DNA from: Mobula birostris
Taxonomy: Eukaryota
DNA length: 64,000 nt
Reading direction: 5' to 3'
NCBI RefSeq assembly: GCF_030028105.1
Contig: NC_092379.1
Coordinates: 52,623,821-52,687,820, forward strand
The position numbers were made by a program, and so were the translations under genes. How positions within the stretch are numbered: position 1 is the first letter of the stretch; the number at the start of each line of letters is the position of its first letter. Under the pieces are notes generated by a model, which saw only the letters and a list, made by a program, of their open reading frames with translations, did not search any database and was not told where the DNA came from. Positions 35,725 through 49,088 of the stretch are shown in pieces.

Positions 35725-37490
35725 TTTCTCAACCCCATTCTTCTGCCTTCTTCCCATAACCTTTTACATGCTGAATTATCCAAGAACCTTTCAACCTCCA
35801 TTTTGAATTCACGCAATGACCTGGCCTTCACAACCACCTATGGAAAAGAATTCTACGGATTCACCACCCTCTTGCTAAAGAAATTCCTCCTCATCTCCAT
35901 TCTAAATGGGCTTCTCTGTATTCTGAGGCTGTGCCCTGTGGTCCTAGACACCCCCACCATAGGAAACATCCTCTCCAAATCCATCCTATCTAGACCTTGC
36001 AACATTTGACAGCTTTCAGTGAGAGCCCCCCCTTCCCTCCATTCTTCTAAATTCCAGTCAGTGAGGCCCAGAGCCATCAATCATTCCTCCTACAGTAAGC
36101 CCTTTATTCTCAGAATCATTCTCATGAACTTCCTCTGAACCCTCTCCAATTTCAGCACATCCTTTCTAAGGGCTAAAAATGCTCACAGTACTCCAAGTGA
36201 GGCCTCACCAGTGCCTTATAAAATCTCAACATTACATCCTTGCTTTTATATTCTATTCCTCTCAAAATTAATGCCAACATTGCACTTGCATCCCTCACCA
36301 CAGACTCAACGTGAAAGTAACCTTTAGCAAATCCTACGAGGTCTCACTTTGCACCTCGGATTTTTGAACTTGCTCCCCGTTTAGAAAATAGTCTGCTCTT
36401 CTACTCCTTCTACCACAGTGCATGACCACACACTTCCCAACTCTGTATTCCATCTGCCACTTCTTTGCACCTTCTCCAAGTTCTTCTGAGACTCCCTGCT
36501 TTCTCAACAGGCTCCCTTTATTCCCACTCTTTGCCTCCTGCCAATCAGCCACTGTTCAGGGGTTTCCTATAGCACCATTTGCTCTCATCTTGTCAAGTAC
36601 CGTCATGAGCAGCACCTTGTCAAATGCCTTCTGAAAAGCCAAGTACACAACATCACCAATTATTCATTGTCTGTCCTGCTTGTTACTTCCTTATAGAACT
36701 TCAACAGGTTTGTCAGGCAAAGCTGCTCCTTACAGAAAGCATGCTGACTTTGGCCTGTTTTATCACGTGCTTCCAAGTACTCTGAAAACACATCCTTAAA
36801 AATCCACTCCAACATCTTCCCAACCAATAAGGTCAGATTACTGGCCTATAGTTTCCTTTCTTCTGCCTCCCTCCCTCCTTGAAGAGTGGAGTGACATTTG
36901 CAATTTTTCAGTCCTCTAGAACGTTCCCAGAATCTAGTGATTCCTGAAAGATCATTACTGATGTCTCCACAGTCTCTTCAGCCACCTCTTTCAGAACCCT
37001 GCGATACAGTCCCTCTGGTCCAGGTGACTGACTTACCTTCAGATATTTCAGTTTCCCAAGCACCCAGTAATAGCAACTGCACTCTCTTCTGCCCCCTGAC
37101 CTCTGATATACTGCTGGTGTCTTAAACAGTGAAGAGTGATGCAAAATACTATCCAGTTCATCCACTATTCCCTTGTCCCTCGTTACTACCTCCAGCATCA
37201 TTTCCAAGCTGTCCAATATCTACTCTCACCTCTCTTTTACTCTCTCTCTACATTGATACACACACACACACACGTGTCCGCTACCCTCTTGATATTGTTG
37301 GCTCAGTTACCTTCATATTTCATTATTTCCCCCCTTATGGCTTTTTACTTGCTGTCGCGTTTGGTTTCCAAATCCTCTAACTTCCCACTGATTTTTACTC
37401 TATTATATGCCCTCTCCTTTGTTTTGAATATTGTATTTGACTTCCCTTGTTAGCCACAGTTGCATCATTCTGCTTTTAAAATGCTACTTC
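35725..37490 (-). mobile_element. Decayed CR1 LINE
   Basis: SPGPEGLYRRVLKEVAEE, KKWQMEY and RRNFFSKRVVN segments. Confidence 0.85.
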
Positions 37491-37872
37491 TCCTCTGGAC
37501 TTGATGAGGTGAGATAGTGGTGAGAAGACAGCTTGGCTCGGCGGGGTGGGGGGGGGGGGTTGGGGGCCAGGTCCTTGATGATGGATGCTGCCCCTTTTAG
37601 TGGCATGTAAATGTGCCCAGTGGTGGGGAGGGCATTGCCTGCAAGGGACTGGGCCATGTCCACCACTCTCTGTGGAGTTCTGTTCCTTCTAAAGGATGCT
37701 CTCACATCAGACTTGGATATTGAAATCTCAGAGCCTTTGGGAGTAGGGTGACGTGGAACAAACACTGTCAGAGATGAGCTGGGGTGCGTCGACTCCCAAT
37801 GGAAATTTAGTGTGCTGTAAATTCACTAAGTGCCCAAGACAGTTTAAAATAGCGCTGACGATTTTGTCACAG

Positions 37873-38378
37873 ATAAGACCACAAGATATAGGAGCAGAAT
37901 TAGGACATCTGGCCCATTGGGTCTGCTCCAACATTCGATCATGGATGATCCTCTTTTTTTCTCCTCCTCAATGCGTTCCTGGCCTTCTCCCCGTAACCTT
38001 TGATGCCATGTCCAATCAAGAACCTATCAATCTCTGCCTTAAATATGCCCAATGACCTGGCCTCCACAGCTGCCCGTGGCAACAAATTCCACAAATTCAC
38101 CACCCTCTGGCTAAAGAAACCTCTCCGCATCCCTGCTTTGTAAGAACACCCCGTATCCTGAGGCTGTGCCCTCTTGTCCTAGACTCTCCCACCATGGGAA
38201 ACATCCTTTCCACACCTTGTCTGTCTAGTCCTTTCAACATTCGAAAGGATTCAATGAGATTCCCCCCTCATCCTTCTGAATTCCAGCGAGTACAGACCCA
38301 GAGCCATCAAACATTCCTCGTATGATAATCTTTTTATTCCTGGAATCATCATTGTGAACCTCCTCTGGACCCTCTCCA
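37873..38378 (-). mobile_element. CR1 3' fragment inserted in the U5 3' UTR
   Basis: LERVQRRFTMMIPG...FFSQRVVNLWN and the CR1 tail. It splits the conserved ttgtcacag|..aatattaaact module. Confidence 0.85.
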
Positions 38379-38561
38379 GAATATTAAACTTCAGTCTCAT
38401 TAAAGACTCGCAATAGCAGAACAACCCCCTCCCGGGGTGATCGGGGCTCAGTCCTTGGTGAAACTGTGGAATCGGACAACAAGAGGAATACACGGACTTG
38501 TAACCAGATCCAGCAACTGCGATGGTTATAAATACAGCACAGAGAAACTTTTTCAACTTTT

Positions 38562-40040
38562 TCACCATTCTGAGCTCGCTGGTGTTTCAGCAGGTGGAAT
38601 GACTGAGTAAATCTCTTTGCTCACACTGGTGTGAACCCTCTCCTTGTTGTGCACTTGCTGATGCCTCAGAAGCTGGGTTGACTGAGTGAAAGCCTTCCCA
38701 CACTGAGAGCAGATGAATGGTCTCAGCCCGGTGTGAACTTGCTGGTGTTTCTGCAGGTTGGATTGATGAATATATGCCTTCCCACATTCAGAACAGATGA
38801 ACGGCCTCTCCCCGGTGTGAACACGCTGGTGTTTTTGCAGGTTGGACGAATGGATGAATCCCTTCCCACACTCAGAGCAGGTGAATGGCTTTTCCCCAGT
38901 GTGAACACACTGGTGTGCCAGTAGCTCGGATGATTTAATGTATCCCTTCCCACACACGGTGCAAGTGAACAGCCTCTCCCCAGTGTGAACTCGCTGGTGT
39001 ATCATCAGGTGAGATGACTGATTGAATCCCTTCCCACACACAGAGCAAATGAATGGCCTCTCCCCAGTGTGAACTCGCTGGTGTCTGATCAGGTGGGATG
39101 AATGAGTGAATCCCTTCCCACATTCAGAGCAGGTGAACGGCCTCTCCCCGGTGTGAACACGCTGGTGTGCCAGTAGTTCTGATGACTGAATGTATCCCTT
39201 CCCACACACGGTGCAAGTGAATGGCCTCTCCCCAGAGTGAACTCGCTGGTGTATCATCAGGTGGGATGACTGATTGAATCCCTTCCCACACACAGAGCAA
39301 ATGAATGGTCTCTCGCCGGTGTGAATTCGTTGGTGTCTCATGACGTGGGATGAATGAGTGAATCCCTTCCCACACACAGAGCAGGTGAACGGCCTTTCCC
39401 CGGTGTGAACACGCTGATGTGACTGCAAGTTGGATGACTCAGTAAATCCCTTCCCACACTCAGAGCAGGTGAATGGCCTCTCTACAGTGTGAACTCGCCT
39501 GTGTTTCCGTAGTTGGGATGAACGAATGAATCCCTTCCCACACACGGAACATGTGAAAGGCCTGTCCCCAGAGTGAATTTTCTGATGTGTCCTCAGGTTG
39601 GACAACTGAATGAATTCCTTCCCACAGTCGGAGCAGGTGAACGGTCTATCTGCGGCGTGAACTCGCTGATGTATCTTCAGGCTGGATGACTGAGTATATC
39701 CCCTCCCACACACAGAGCAAATGAATTGCCTCTCCCCAGTGTGAACTCGCTGGTGTGTCTGCAGGTGGGACGAGTGAGTGAATCCCTTCCCACACATGGA
39801 GCAGGTAAACGGCCTCTCACCACAGTGAACCCGCTGGTGTGTCCGTAGGTGGGATGACCGAGTGAATCCTTTTCCACACTCGGAGCAGGTGAATGATTTC
39901 TCTCTGCTTTGAGCTCTCTGGCAATTCATCAGGTCAGACGACATAGTGAATCCCTCCCACACTTCAAGCTGTTGAGTGCCTGGTCTCTGGTGAAGATACT
40001 CTGGAGAGTTCTCAAGAGCCCTGGATCCAACGTGTTTCAA
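38562..40040 (-). CDS. Tandem C2H2 zinc-finger protein U5 (15 fingers; likely ATG at 39944, [10 protein letters not shown])
   Basis: Intact finger array with an acceptor at 40372, a donor at 44484 and an intact CpG promoter. Confidence 0.93.
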   Translation of the reverse strand: MKHVGSRALENSPEYLHQRPGTQQLEVWEGFTMSSDLMNCQRAQSREKSFTCSECGKGFTRSSHLRTHQRVHCGERPFTCSMCGKGFTHSSHLQTHQRVHTGERQFICSVCGRGYTQSSSLKIHQRVHAADRPFTCSDCGKEFIQLSNLRTHQKIHSGDRPFTCSVCGKGFIRSSQLRKHRRVHTVERPFTCSECGKGFTESSNLQSHQRVHTGERPFTCSVCGKGFTHSSHVMRHQRIHTGERPFICSVCGKGFNQSSHLMIHQRVHSGERPFTCTVCGKGYIQSSELLAHQRVHTGERPFTCSECGKGFTHSSHLIRHQRVHTGERPFICSVCGKGFNQSSHLMIHQRVHTGERLFTCTVCGKGYIKSSELLAHQCVHTGEKPFTCSECGKGFIHSSNLQKHQRVHTGERPFICSECGKAYIHQSNLQKHQQVHTGLRPFICSQCGKAFTQSTQLLRHQQVHNKERVHTSVSKEIYSVIPPAETPASSEW

Positions 40041-40914
40041 TGAGAAGTTAAAACAGACAACTTCATTTTAGACACAAAGCAGACGCACGTTTCCAACTGG
40101 GATGAGATATGCCTTCTTTTCCGAGGATCAACAATGAATATGTTGTTAATTTACAAGGATTGACTCCAGATTGGTTCATCCAGATCTCACCGTAGGCCAA
40201 ACAAGTGTTCAGATTCCCCTTGCTGTGACTGGTGTGCTGTCTTCTCAAACATCTCCTCCTTCGCATTCAAAAACTGATTTCATTCAAGTGCTGGTGATCC
40301 AACTTGCACAGCAGAACTGGCATATTGTTGTGTCTGGGATAACCGCACACAAATCCTTTCTCTTTGGTTTCCTGTAAAAAGAAGTTTACAAAAGACATCA
40401 ATGGGTGTAGGTTAGCATTTGAAATGAGATAATGGTACTCTCTATAGTCAGCTGATTGTTAGAGTGAGGCTCAACACAAGGTGCACAGAAAATTCATCAT
40501 CTTCTAACTGGGCACGTGTCAAACATCCAATTCTCTGACTATCTTTGGGGTTTTCTAAATATGTGGCAATTTTTTGATGCAAATACTTCCGGTCACTTTT
40601 TCCACAGGACAGATGTGTTCAAAGTCCTTAAGTATTCAGACAGAATAGAAAAGTGGCAGAATATCCAAAAGCAGTGATAAAAGTGTTTTTTTTTCTCCCT
40701 CTCTGCACAGCACTAACCAACTTTTTATTTCAAATCAGACCTAGTACCTTCTTTTAGACAACACTCTCAACTATTTACTAAATCTCTGGACATCAGCCGG
40801 TTGAAGACATGGGCCCTGATGTCAATGTTCCATTGTGTTCCATTTGTCAGGATATCGCTTACTACACTGGTTTGAAAGGTTCATTCGAGGCTCTTAATGT
40901 GAGATTAACGTAGA

Positions 40915-41222
40915 CATCTACAAGGAAAGGTGGCACCTGTTATTAAGGACCCCCATCACCCAGGATATGCCCTCTCCTCATTGTTGCCATCAGGAAGGAG
41001 GTACAAATGTCTGAAGACACACACTCAGCGATTCAGGAACAGCTTCTTCCCTTTTGCCATTCGATTTTGAAATGGACATTGAGCCCATGAACACTACCCC
41101 ACTGTTTTATTATTGGTTTTTGCACTACGCTTTTTAAAAGTTAACTATTTACTATACACATATATACTTACTGTAATTTACTTTTTCAAAGTTTTCTATA
41201 TTATCATATATTTCATTGCACT
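40915..41222 (+). mobile_element. Rex1-type 3' fragment; its tail resumes at about 43990-44046 after the CR1 insertion
   Basis: IKDPHHPGYALSSLLPSGRRY...RFRNSFFP; tail aacaaatttcacgac..gccggtgatattaaac. Confidence 0.8.
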
Positions 41223-41223
41223 A

Positions 41224-43989
41224 TAACCAGATAACAATTACAGCACGGAAACAGGCCATCTCGGCCCTTCTAGTCCGTGCCGAACTCTTACTCTCACCTA
41301 GTCCCACCGACCCGCCTCAGCCCAAAACCCTCCATTCCTTTCCTGTCCATATACCTATCCAATTTAACTTTAAATGACAACATCGAACCTGCCTCAACCA
41401 CTTCTGCTGGAAGCTCGTTCCACACAGCTACCACTCTCTGAGTAAAGAAGTTCCCCCTCATGTTACCCCTAAACTTTAGCCCTTTAACTCTCAACTCATG
41501 TCCTCTTGTTTGAATCTCCCCCACTCTCAATGGAAAAAGCCTATCCATGTCAACTCTATCAATCCCCCTCATAATTTTAAATACCTCTATCAAGTCCCCC
41601 CTCAATTTTCTAAGCTCCAAAGAATAAAGACCCAACTTGTTCAACCTTTCTCTGTAACTTAGGAGATGAAACCCAGGTAACATTCTAGTAAATCTTCTCT
41701 GTACTCTCTCTATTTTGTTGACATCTTTCCTATAATTTGGTGACCAGAACAGTACACAATACTCCAAATTTGGCCTTACCAATGCCTTGTACAATTTCAA
41801 CATTACATCCCAACTCCTATACTCAATGCTCTGATTTATAAAGGCCAGCACACCAAAAGCTTTCTTCACCACCCTATCCACATGAGATTCCATCTTCAGG
41901 GAACTATGCACCATTATTCCTAGATCCCTCTGTTCTACAGCATTCTTCAATGCCCTACCATTTACCATGTATGCACCTCACATTTATCAGCATTAAACTC
42001 CATCTGCCATCTTTCAGCCCACTCTTCTAACTGGCCCAAATCTCTCTGCAAGCTTTGAAGACCTACTTCATTATCCACAACTCCACCTATCTTAGTATCA
42101 TCTGCAAACTTACTAATCCAATTTACCAATCCATCATCCAGATCATTAATATATATGACAAACAATATTGGACCCAGTACAGATCCCTGAGGCACACTAC
42201 TAGTCACCGGCCTCCAATGTGACAAACAGTTATCCACCACTACTCTCTGGCATATCCCATCCAGCCACTGCTGAATCCATTTTATTACTTCAATATTAAT
42301 ACTTAACGATTGAACCTTCCTAACTAACCTTCCATGTGGAATCTTGTCAAAGGTCTTCCTAAAGTCCATATAGACAATATCCACTGCTTTACCCTCGTCA
42401 ACTTTCCTAGTAACCTCTTCAAAAAATTCATTAAGATTTGTCAAACATGAACTTCCACGCACAAATCCATGTTGACTGTTCCTAATCAGACCCTGTCTAT
42501 CCAGATAATTATATATACCATCTCTAAGAATACTTTCCATCAATTTACCCACCACTGACGTCAAACTCACAGGCCGATAATTGCTAGGTTCACTCTTAGA
42601 ACCCTTTTTTAAATAATGGAACAACATGAGCGATACGTCAATCCTCCGGCACCATCCCCGTTTCTAAAGACATTTGAAATATTTCTGTCAGAGCCCCTGC
42701 TATTTCTACACTAACTTCCCTCAAGGTCCTATGGAATATCCTGTCAGGACCCAGAGACTTATCTACTTTTATATTCCTTAAAAGCCCCTGTACTTCCTCT
42801 TCTTTAATCGTCATACTTTCCATAACTACCCTACTTGTTTCCCTTACCTTACACAATTCAATATCCTTCTCCTCAGTGAATACCGAAGAAAAGAAATTGT
42901 TCAAAATCTCCCCCATCTCTTTTGGCTCCGCACATAGCCGTCCACTCTGAATCTCTAAGGGACCAATTTTATCCCTCACTATCCTTTTGCTATTAATATA
43001 ACTGTAGAAACCCTTGGGATTTATTTTCACTTTACTTGCAAAGTAACCTCATATCTTCTTTTAGCTTTTCTAATTTCTTTCTTAAGATTCTTTTTACATT
43101 CTTTATATTCCTCGAGCACCTCACTTACTCCAAGCTGCCCATATTTATTGTAGATCTCTCTCTTTTTCTGAACCAAGTTTCCAATATCCCTTGAAAACCA
43201 TGGCTCTCTCAAACTTTTAACCTTTCCTTTCAACCTAACAGGAACATAAAGATTCTGTACCCTCAAAATTTCACCTTTAAATGACCTCCATTTCTCTATT
43301 ACATTCTTCCCATAAAACAAATTGTCCCAATCCACTCCTTCTAAATCCTTTCACATCTCCTCAAAGTTAGCCTTTCTCCAATCAAAAACCTCAACCCTGG
43401 GTCCAGTCCTATCCTTCTTCATAATTATATTGAAACTAATGGCATTAAACACATAACTCTGTCACCTGACCTATCTCATTCCCTAACAGGAGATCCAACA
43501 CTGCCCCTTCTCTAGTTGGTACCTCTATGTATTGCTGCAAAAAACTATCTTGCACATATTTTATGAACTCCAAACCATCCAGCCCCTTTACAGAATGGGT
43601 TTCCCAGTCTATGTGTGGAAAATTAAAATCTCCCACAATCACAACCTTGTGCTTACTACAAATATCTGCTATCTCCTTACAAATTTGCTCCTCCAATTCT
43701 TGTTCCCCATTAGGTGGTCTATAATACACCCCTATGCGTTACTACACCTTTCCCATTCCTCAATTCCACCCAAACAGCCTCCCTAGACGAGCCTTCTAAT
43801 CTATCCTGCCAAAGCACTGCTGTAATATTTTCTCTGACAAGCAATGCAACACCTCCCCCTCTTGCCCCTCCGATTCTATCACACCTGAAGGAACGAAATC
43901 CAGGAATACTTAGTTGCCAATCACACCCCTCCTGCAACCATGTTTCACTAATAGTTACATCATCATATTTCCAGGTATCAATCCATGCT
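41224..43989 (-). mobile_element. Relatively young CR1 LINE, nearly full ORF2, broken by several stops and frameshifts
   Basis: Consecutive ORFs carry ISETWL, YYRPPN, VGDFNFP, NYRPVSLTS, PQGSVLGP, KFADDTK and FFTQRVV. Confidence 0.95.
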
Positions 43990-44119
43990 GCCGCTAAGTT
44001 AACAAATTTCACGACCTGTGCCGGTGATATTAAACGCGATTCTGATGAACTCGGATGTATATGATTGAGCCCCAAATGCGTGGATTTAGATAGCTGAAGC
44101 TCAGCAATATGTAAAATGT

Positions 44120-44640
44120 CCTCCCGCTCCCATTCCGCCCACCTGCGCACCCAAACATGACCTGCGATCGGGGCAGAGTCTTGCATGGCGGCTCCTTTAC
44201 CCAGGACAGCCCAGAGCCCAGAAACCGCTCCGCCCGTCACCGTCCCGGCGATACGCATGCGTTAAAGAGATGGCGCCAGCACCTTCGCCCATCAGCAGAA
44301 ACCACCCCCACCCCCCTCCGCCTCTCCCGGTGCCCCATTTCGTACTGTGAGGGGAAAATAACCGGGACTGTCCCAGTGTGAGGAGCCGCGGTGGGTCCGG
44401 AGTTCACAGCGATTGTCCCGGGGTGGGGCTGAGGGTTACGCGGGCCCCGCTGCTGATGAAAACCCGCTCGGAGCCCATTCCTACCTGCTGCCAATCCTTG
44501 GAAGCCTATTGTCCACTGGGCGCATGCGCGCTTCTGAGACTCCGACCTGTGGCTCTTTGCACCTGCGCACTAGAATCACAGCCGGCGCTTTCTGCAGCGC
44601 GGAGATTTCTGGGTAAGGCTGGTGCCATTGGAAACATCTA
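44120..44640 (-). promoter_or_regulatory. CpG promoter and exon 1 of U5
   Basis: GCGCATGCGC at 44520-44529, donor at 44484/44485, and an intronic NRF1+YY1 pair acgcatgcgt..agatggcgcc at about 44253-44277. Confidence 0.8.
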
Positions 44641-47203
44641 TCATCGACTCCCGCGGCCGCCCGCAAAAGACTTGCGCTGCTAACATGCGGGACTATTTGG
44701 AAGCACTGTAGGTTCGGGTAACCAGGAGGATCTGGAAAAGGAACCAGAAACGGAGATTGGGGGAGAGTACGGATTGACGGAAGGAGGTTGGAATGAAGTC
44801 CGTAAAACAGAAAAAGACACATAATATTGGGTGATTTCTACTGATGGAGAGGAAGAGGGGAATTTTCGAAATAAGGGAAGACTCTAAGGTATTGTTTAAA
44901 TTGGACCCGGGTCAAGCCTCTTCCATCAATCTGATTAAGTTAACGAGAGAGTTGAAATCTGCTATAGGGGATTTAGATTATGCTCGTACTTCGGTAAATC
45001 GGAAAGTGTTAAGCGTTTGTAAGATTTAAAAAATGTGAGAAGGCATTACGTTTGAAGACCTTGCTTGTTAAAAAAAAATTATGAAAATAGCGGTACTGGG
45101 TTCCGGTGTAGATTTCAATAGAGCAGGTTCAATCTCATTTATTGAGAAGTAAGGTTAAGGAGGTAAAGAGATTGAAAGTATTTAGAAATGGGAAAAGGTG
45201 GATAGTGTATTGATTTATTTTGTTGAGGTGAAACTCCCTGATAATGTTACCTTGAGGTAATTATAGTGTACAAGCTTATATTCAATCTCCACTTAGTTAT
45301 TCTAAATGCAAAGATGTGGGCATGTTCCTGCAGTATGTCATGGGAAACGAAGGTGTAGTAAGTGTGTGTGTGTGTGTGTGTGTGGGGGGGGTGGCATCAG
45401 TATGAAGTGTCAAGTTAAACTGATGTAATTGTGGAGGAGAAGAAAGTGCAGCTTACAGCGGATGTGAAGTGTTTAAGAAGGCAACTGCAGTTGAACAGGT
45501 TAAAGTACAGTTGGGTGTGTCTTATGCAGAGCCTTGCAAAAGTATTGTTGATAAAGTATTACCGTTTTGAGACCAGATTGTGAAGTCAGTGGATGTATGT
45601 CAACATCAGAGTTCATTTAATTTACTTGTGGATAACATGAGGTTTGTGATGCTTGTAACAGATGTGGTGAATTGTACTGCTCAGGAATGTCATACTGAGA
45701 AAACTTAAATTATGAAAGTTGCAGAAAAGTTTTTTGGTTTAACTGGTGTTACGTGGGAAGCTTTGAATGAGCCTCTGATGGGTAGGGTATCTGTATTTCA
45801 GTCTTCTTGTGAAGGTAAGTAATGGGATTTAGAATACTGCAGTGGAAGTCTGATTTCCAATGGACAAGATTAACTTCTGGAGCTGTAAGTGGAGAGGAGG
45901 TGACAGGAACTGAAAGTGAGGCAAGAAGTGAGTGGGAGATGGAGAATGGTGACAGAAGCAGGGAGGAGGATAACGCCTGGCAGGTAGTCAAAGGACATAG
46001 GAGAAAGCAGGAACATAGAGAAGGGAGCAAACTTGGTGATGGCAAGGAATGGTGTGATATTGGAAAGAAGAGGCAACAGAAATTTAAGATATTGATGAAG
46101 CTTGACTCTGCTCCCAGTAGTTCTCTTAATCCAATTCAGTTAATTTCTGATCTTAAAAAAAAGCACTGGGGATAGAGTTGGTGCTTATTTGGTTCGAGGT
46201 GGGAAGATGCTGGTGATATGTAGTGATGTTACACGAAGGGACAGAGCCTTGGCTTTGAAATCCGTTGGTGGTAGGAGTGTAGTTATGTCACTGTTCATGG
46301 AAAGACAGTGGAGTGATATCGGAAGTTGCTCTTGTCTAGATTTTCAATGGACCAGATAAGAGAATTTGAAAGTTGAAAATGTGATGGAAGCAAAAAGGTT
46401 TAAAAAAAAGTTTCAGGATGGAGTAGGTAGCGATAATCTCTCAATTATAGTTAAATTTGATGGTATTTCATTGCCAATTAGAGTGTTCGTTAGGTTTTAT
46501 GAATTATGGAGTCCAGGTGTATGTACTGCCTGAGATGTTTTAACTGTAGAAAGTTGGACCTGTAGCTGCTGTGTGCCGTGGGAAGAAACGGTGCAGCAGG
46601 TGTGGTGGTGAACATGACTATGGAAGCTGTGGTGAGCTGAAATGTTGTCATTGTGGATGGGAAGCTGGTGCTGTATATGGAGGCCGCGTAGTGGTTAAAG
46701 TTCAGCGGGTGAGCCTGCAGTCTGCTATGTCGTATGCTGAAGCCTTGCAGAGAGTCAAGGAAATTGATAAGGGTGAGAGGCTTGTACCCTGAACCCCTGT
46801 CCAACAAGAAATTGTTTGTCTGGCTCACCCATTTATTACTCATAAATCTTTGAAGGGAGATAAGATAAGATTTGTGGTTTTTATGGCTGCAGATAAATTT
46901 CTTGGCATTGCAGGATTGTTGTTCGAGATAGTAAGTGAGGTGTTACAGGGTGGAGCTCTCAGTTAACTGTCTCTTGCCCAATGGTGCTCACTATTTTACA
47001 GTGGAATGCCAAGAGTCTGACTGTGAGTAAAAAAATTAGTGAGGTTGTGTCCATGGGTTAATTGTCCATTCAGAAATTGAATGGCAGAGGGGAAAAAGCT
47101 GTTCCTAAATCACTGAGTGTGTGCCTTCAGGCTTCTGTACCTCCTTTCTGATGGTACTGATGGTAACAGTAAGAACTGGGTAGTTGGGGTCCTTAAGGAG
47201 GTT

Positions 47204-49088
47204 TGTAAACGTAACTTTGCTGGATCAAATAACGACAGCACAAGAAGATCGTTACTTATCTTTTCACCTGTTTATTCCTTCGAGCTCAGCCAGCGAGTGA
47301 ACTTAGACCCGACATCAGGGAGAGAAATGTTCTCATCTCCCCAGCGGTGCAGCAAATTCACTGCCTGATGTCAGAATTGTCAGAAGTTATAAGGCCACCG
47401 ATACAAATGAACAATCAGTTTGATAATTATTCCAGCCAAGTCAATGGACTATTGATACAAAGAACAATCAGCTTGATAACCATTCCGGCCAAGTCAATGG
47501 ACTATTGATACAATGAACAATCAGTTTGATAATTATTCCGGCCAAGTCAATGGACTACTGATACAATGAACAATCAGTTTGATAATTATTCCGGCCAAGT
47601 CAATGGACTACTGATACCAATGAACAATCAGTTTGATAATTATTCCAGCCAAGTCAATGGACTATTGATACAAAGAACAATCAGCTTGATAACCATTCCG
47701 GCCAAGTCAATGGACTATTGATACAATGAACAATCAGTTTGATAATTATTCCGGCCATGTCAATGGACTACTGATACAATGAACAATCAGTTTGATAATT
47801 ATTCCGGCCAAGTCAATGGACTATTGATACAAAGAACAATCAGCTTGATAACCATTCCGGCCAAGTCAATGGACTATTGATACAATGAACAATCAGTTTG
47901 ATAATTATTCCGGCCATGTCAATGGACTACTGATACAATGAACAATCAGTTTGATAATTATTCCGGCCAAGTCAATGGACTATTGATACCAATGAACAAT
48001 CAGTTTGATAATTATTCCGGCCAAGTCAATGGACTATTGATACAATGAACAATCAGTTTGATAATTACTCCGGCCAAGTCAATGGACTATTGATACCAAT
48101 GAACAATCAGTTTGATAATTATTCCGGCCAAGTCAATGGACTATTGATACCAATGAACAATCAGTTTGATAATTATTCCGGCCAAGTCAATGGACTATTG
48201 ATACCAATGAACAATCAGTTTGATAATTATTCCGGCCAAGTCAATGGACTACTGATACAATGAACAATCAGTTTGATAATTATTCCGGCCAAGTCAATGG
48301 ACTACTGACACAATGAACAATCAGTTTGATAATTATTCCGGCCAAGTCAATAGACTATTAATACCAATGAACAATCAGTTTGATAATTATTCCGGCCAAG
48401 TCAATGGACTACTGATACAATGAACAATCAGTTTGATAATTATTCCGGCCAAGTCAATGGACTATTGATACCAATGAACAATCAGTTTGATAATTATTCC
48501 GGCCAAGTCAATGGACTATTGATACCAATGAACAATCAGTTTGATAATTATTCCGGCCAAGTCAATGGACTACTGATACAATGAACAATCAGTTTGATAA
48601 TTATTCCGGCCAAGTCAATGGACTACTGATACAATGAACAATCAGTTTGATAATTATTCCGGCCAAGTCAATGGACTATTGATACAATGAACAATCAGTT
48701 TGATAATTATTCCGGCCAAGTCAATGGACTACTGATACAATGAACAATCAGTTTGATCGACACCCCAGCCACCTGAATTAAAGTAAGGAATGTCCTACCT
48801 GGTTTGCTGGAGCCACAACATAATTACAAAGATAAGTCAAATTTGTGTTTTAATTAAGAAAGCAATGTTCTGTCTAATTTCCATCAGGTACTGCTTTTTG
48901 TCAAAATCAAAAGGTGTGAAAAGCCCAGAGACATCTTATGTGGATCTGGACGAACCTTAACCCTTATCTTGCTCCAAAGAAAGCAGCTGTGAGACATTAT
49001 TCAAACACACTGCAGTCACAGACATAGTCAGTACCGAGTCCATTGTTTACAGGGATCTGAGAATCCCCCATTCCCTTAAACTTTATCA
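47204..49088 (-). mobile_element. Probable solo LTR with an expanded U3 tandem array, inserted in a Rex1-type fragment (47030-49380)
   Basis: The minus-strand order is TG start (49088), unique segment, tandem array, TTATAA (47387-47392), AATAAA (47271-47276), CA end. The TSD is not resolved. Confidence 0.6.
47399..48757. repeat. Minisatellite, about 28 copies of 47-48 bp
   Basis: Unit caatgaacaatcagtttgataattattccggccaagtcaatggacta(t/c)tgata(c); copies are near-identical and have no spacers. Confidence 0.97.

Noticed and set aside
47399-48757. CRISPR-like array or repeat protein (ORF 48045..48263, MNNQFDNYSGQVNGLLIP repeats)
   Set aside because: The units are head-to-tail with no unique spacers, there are no cas genes, and the context is eukaryotic. 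The ORF exists only where 48-bp variants run consecutively.
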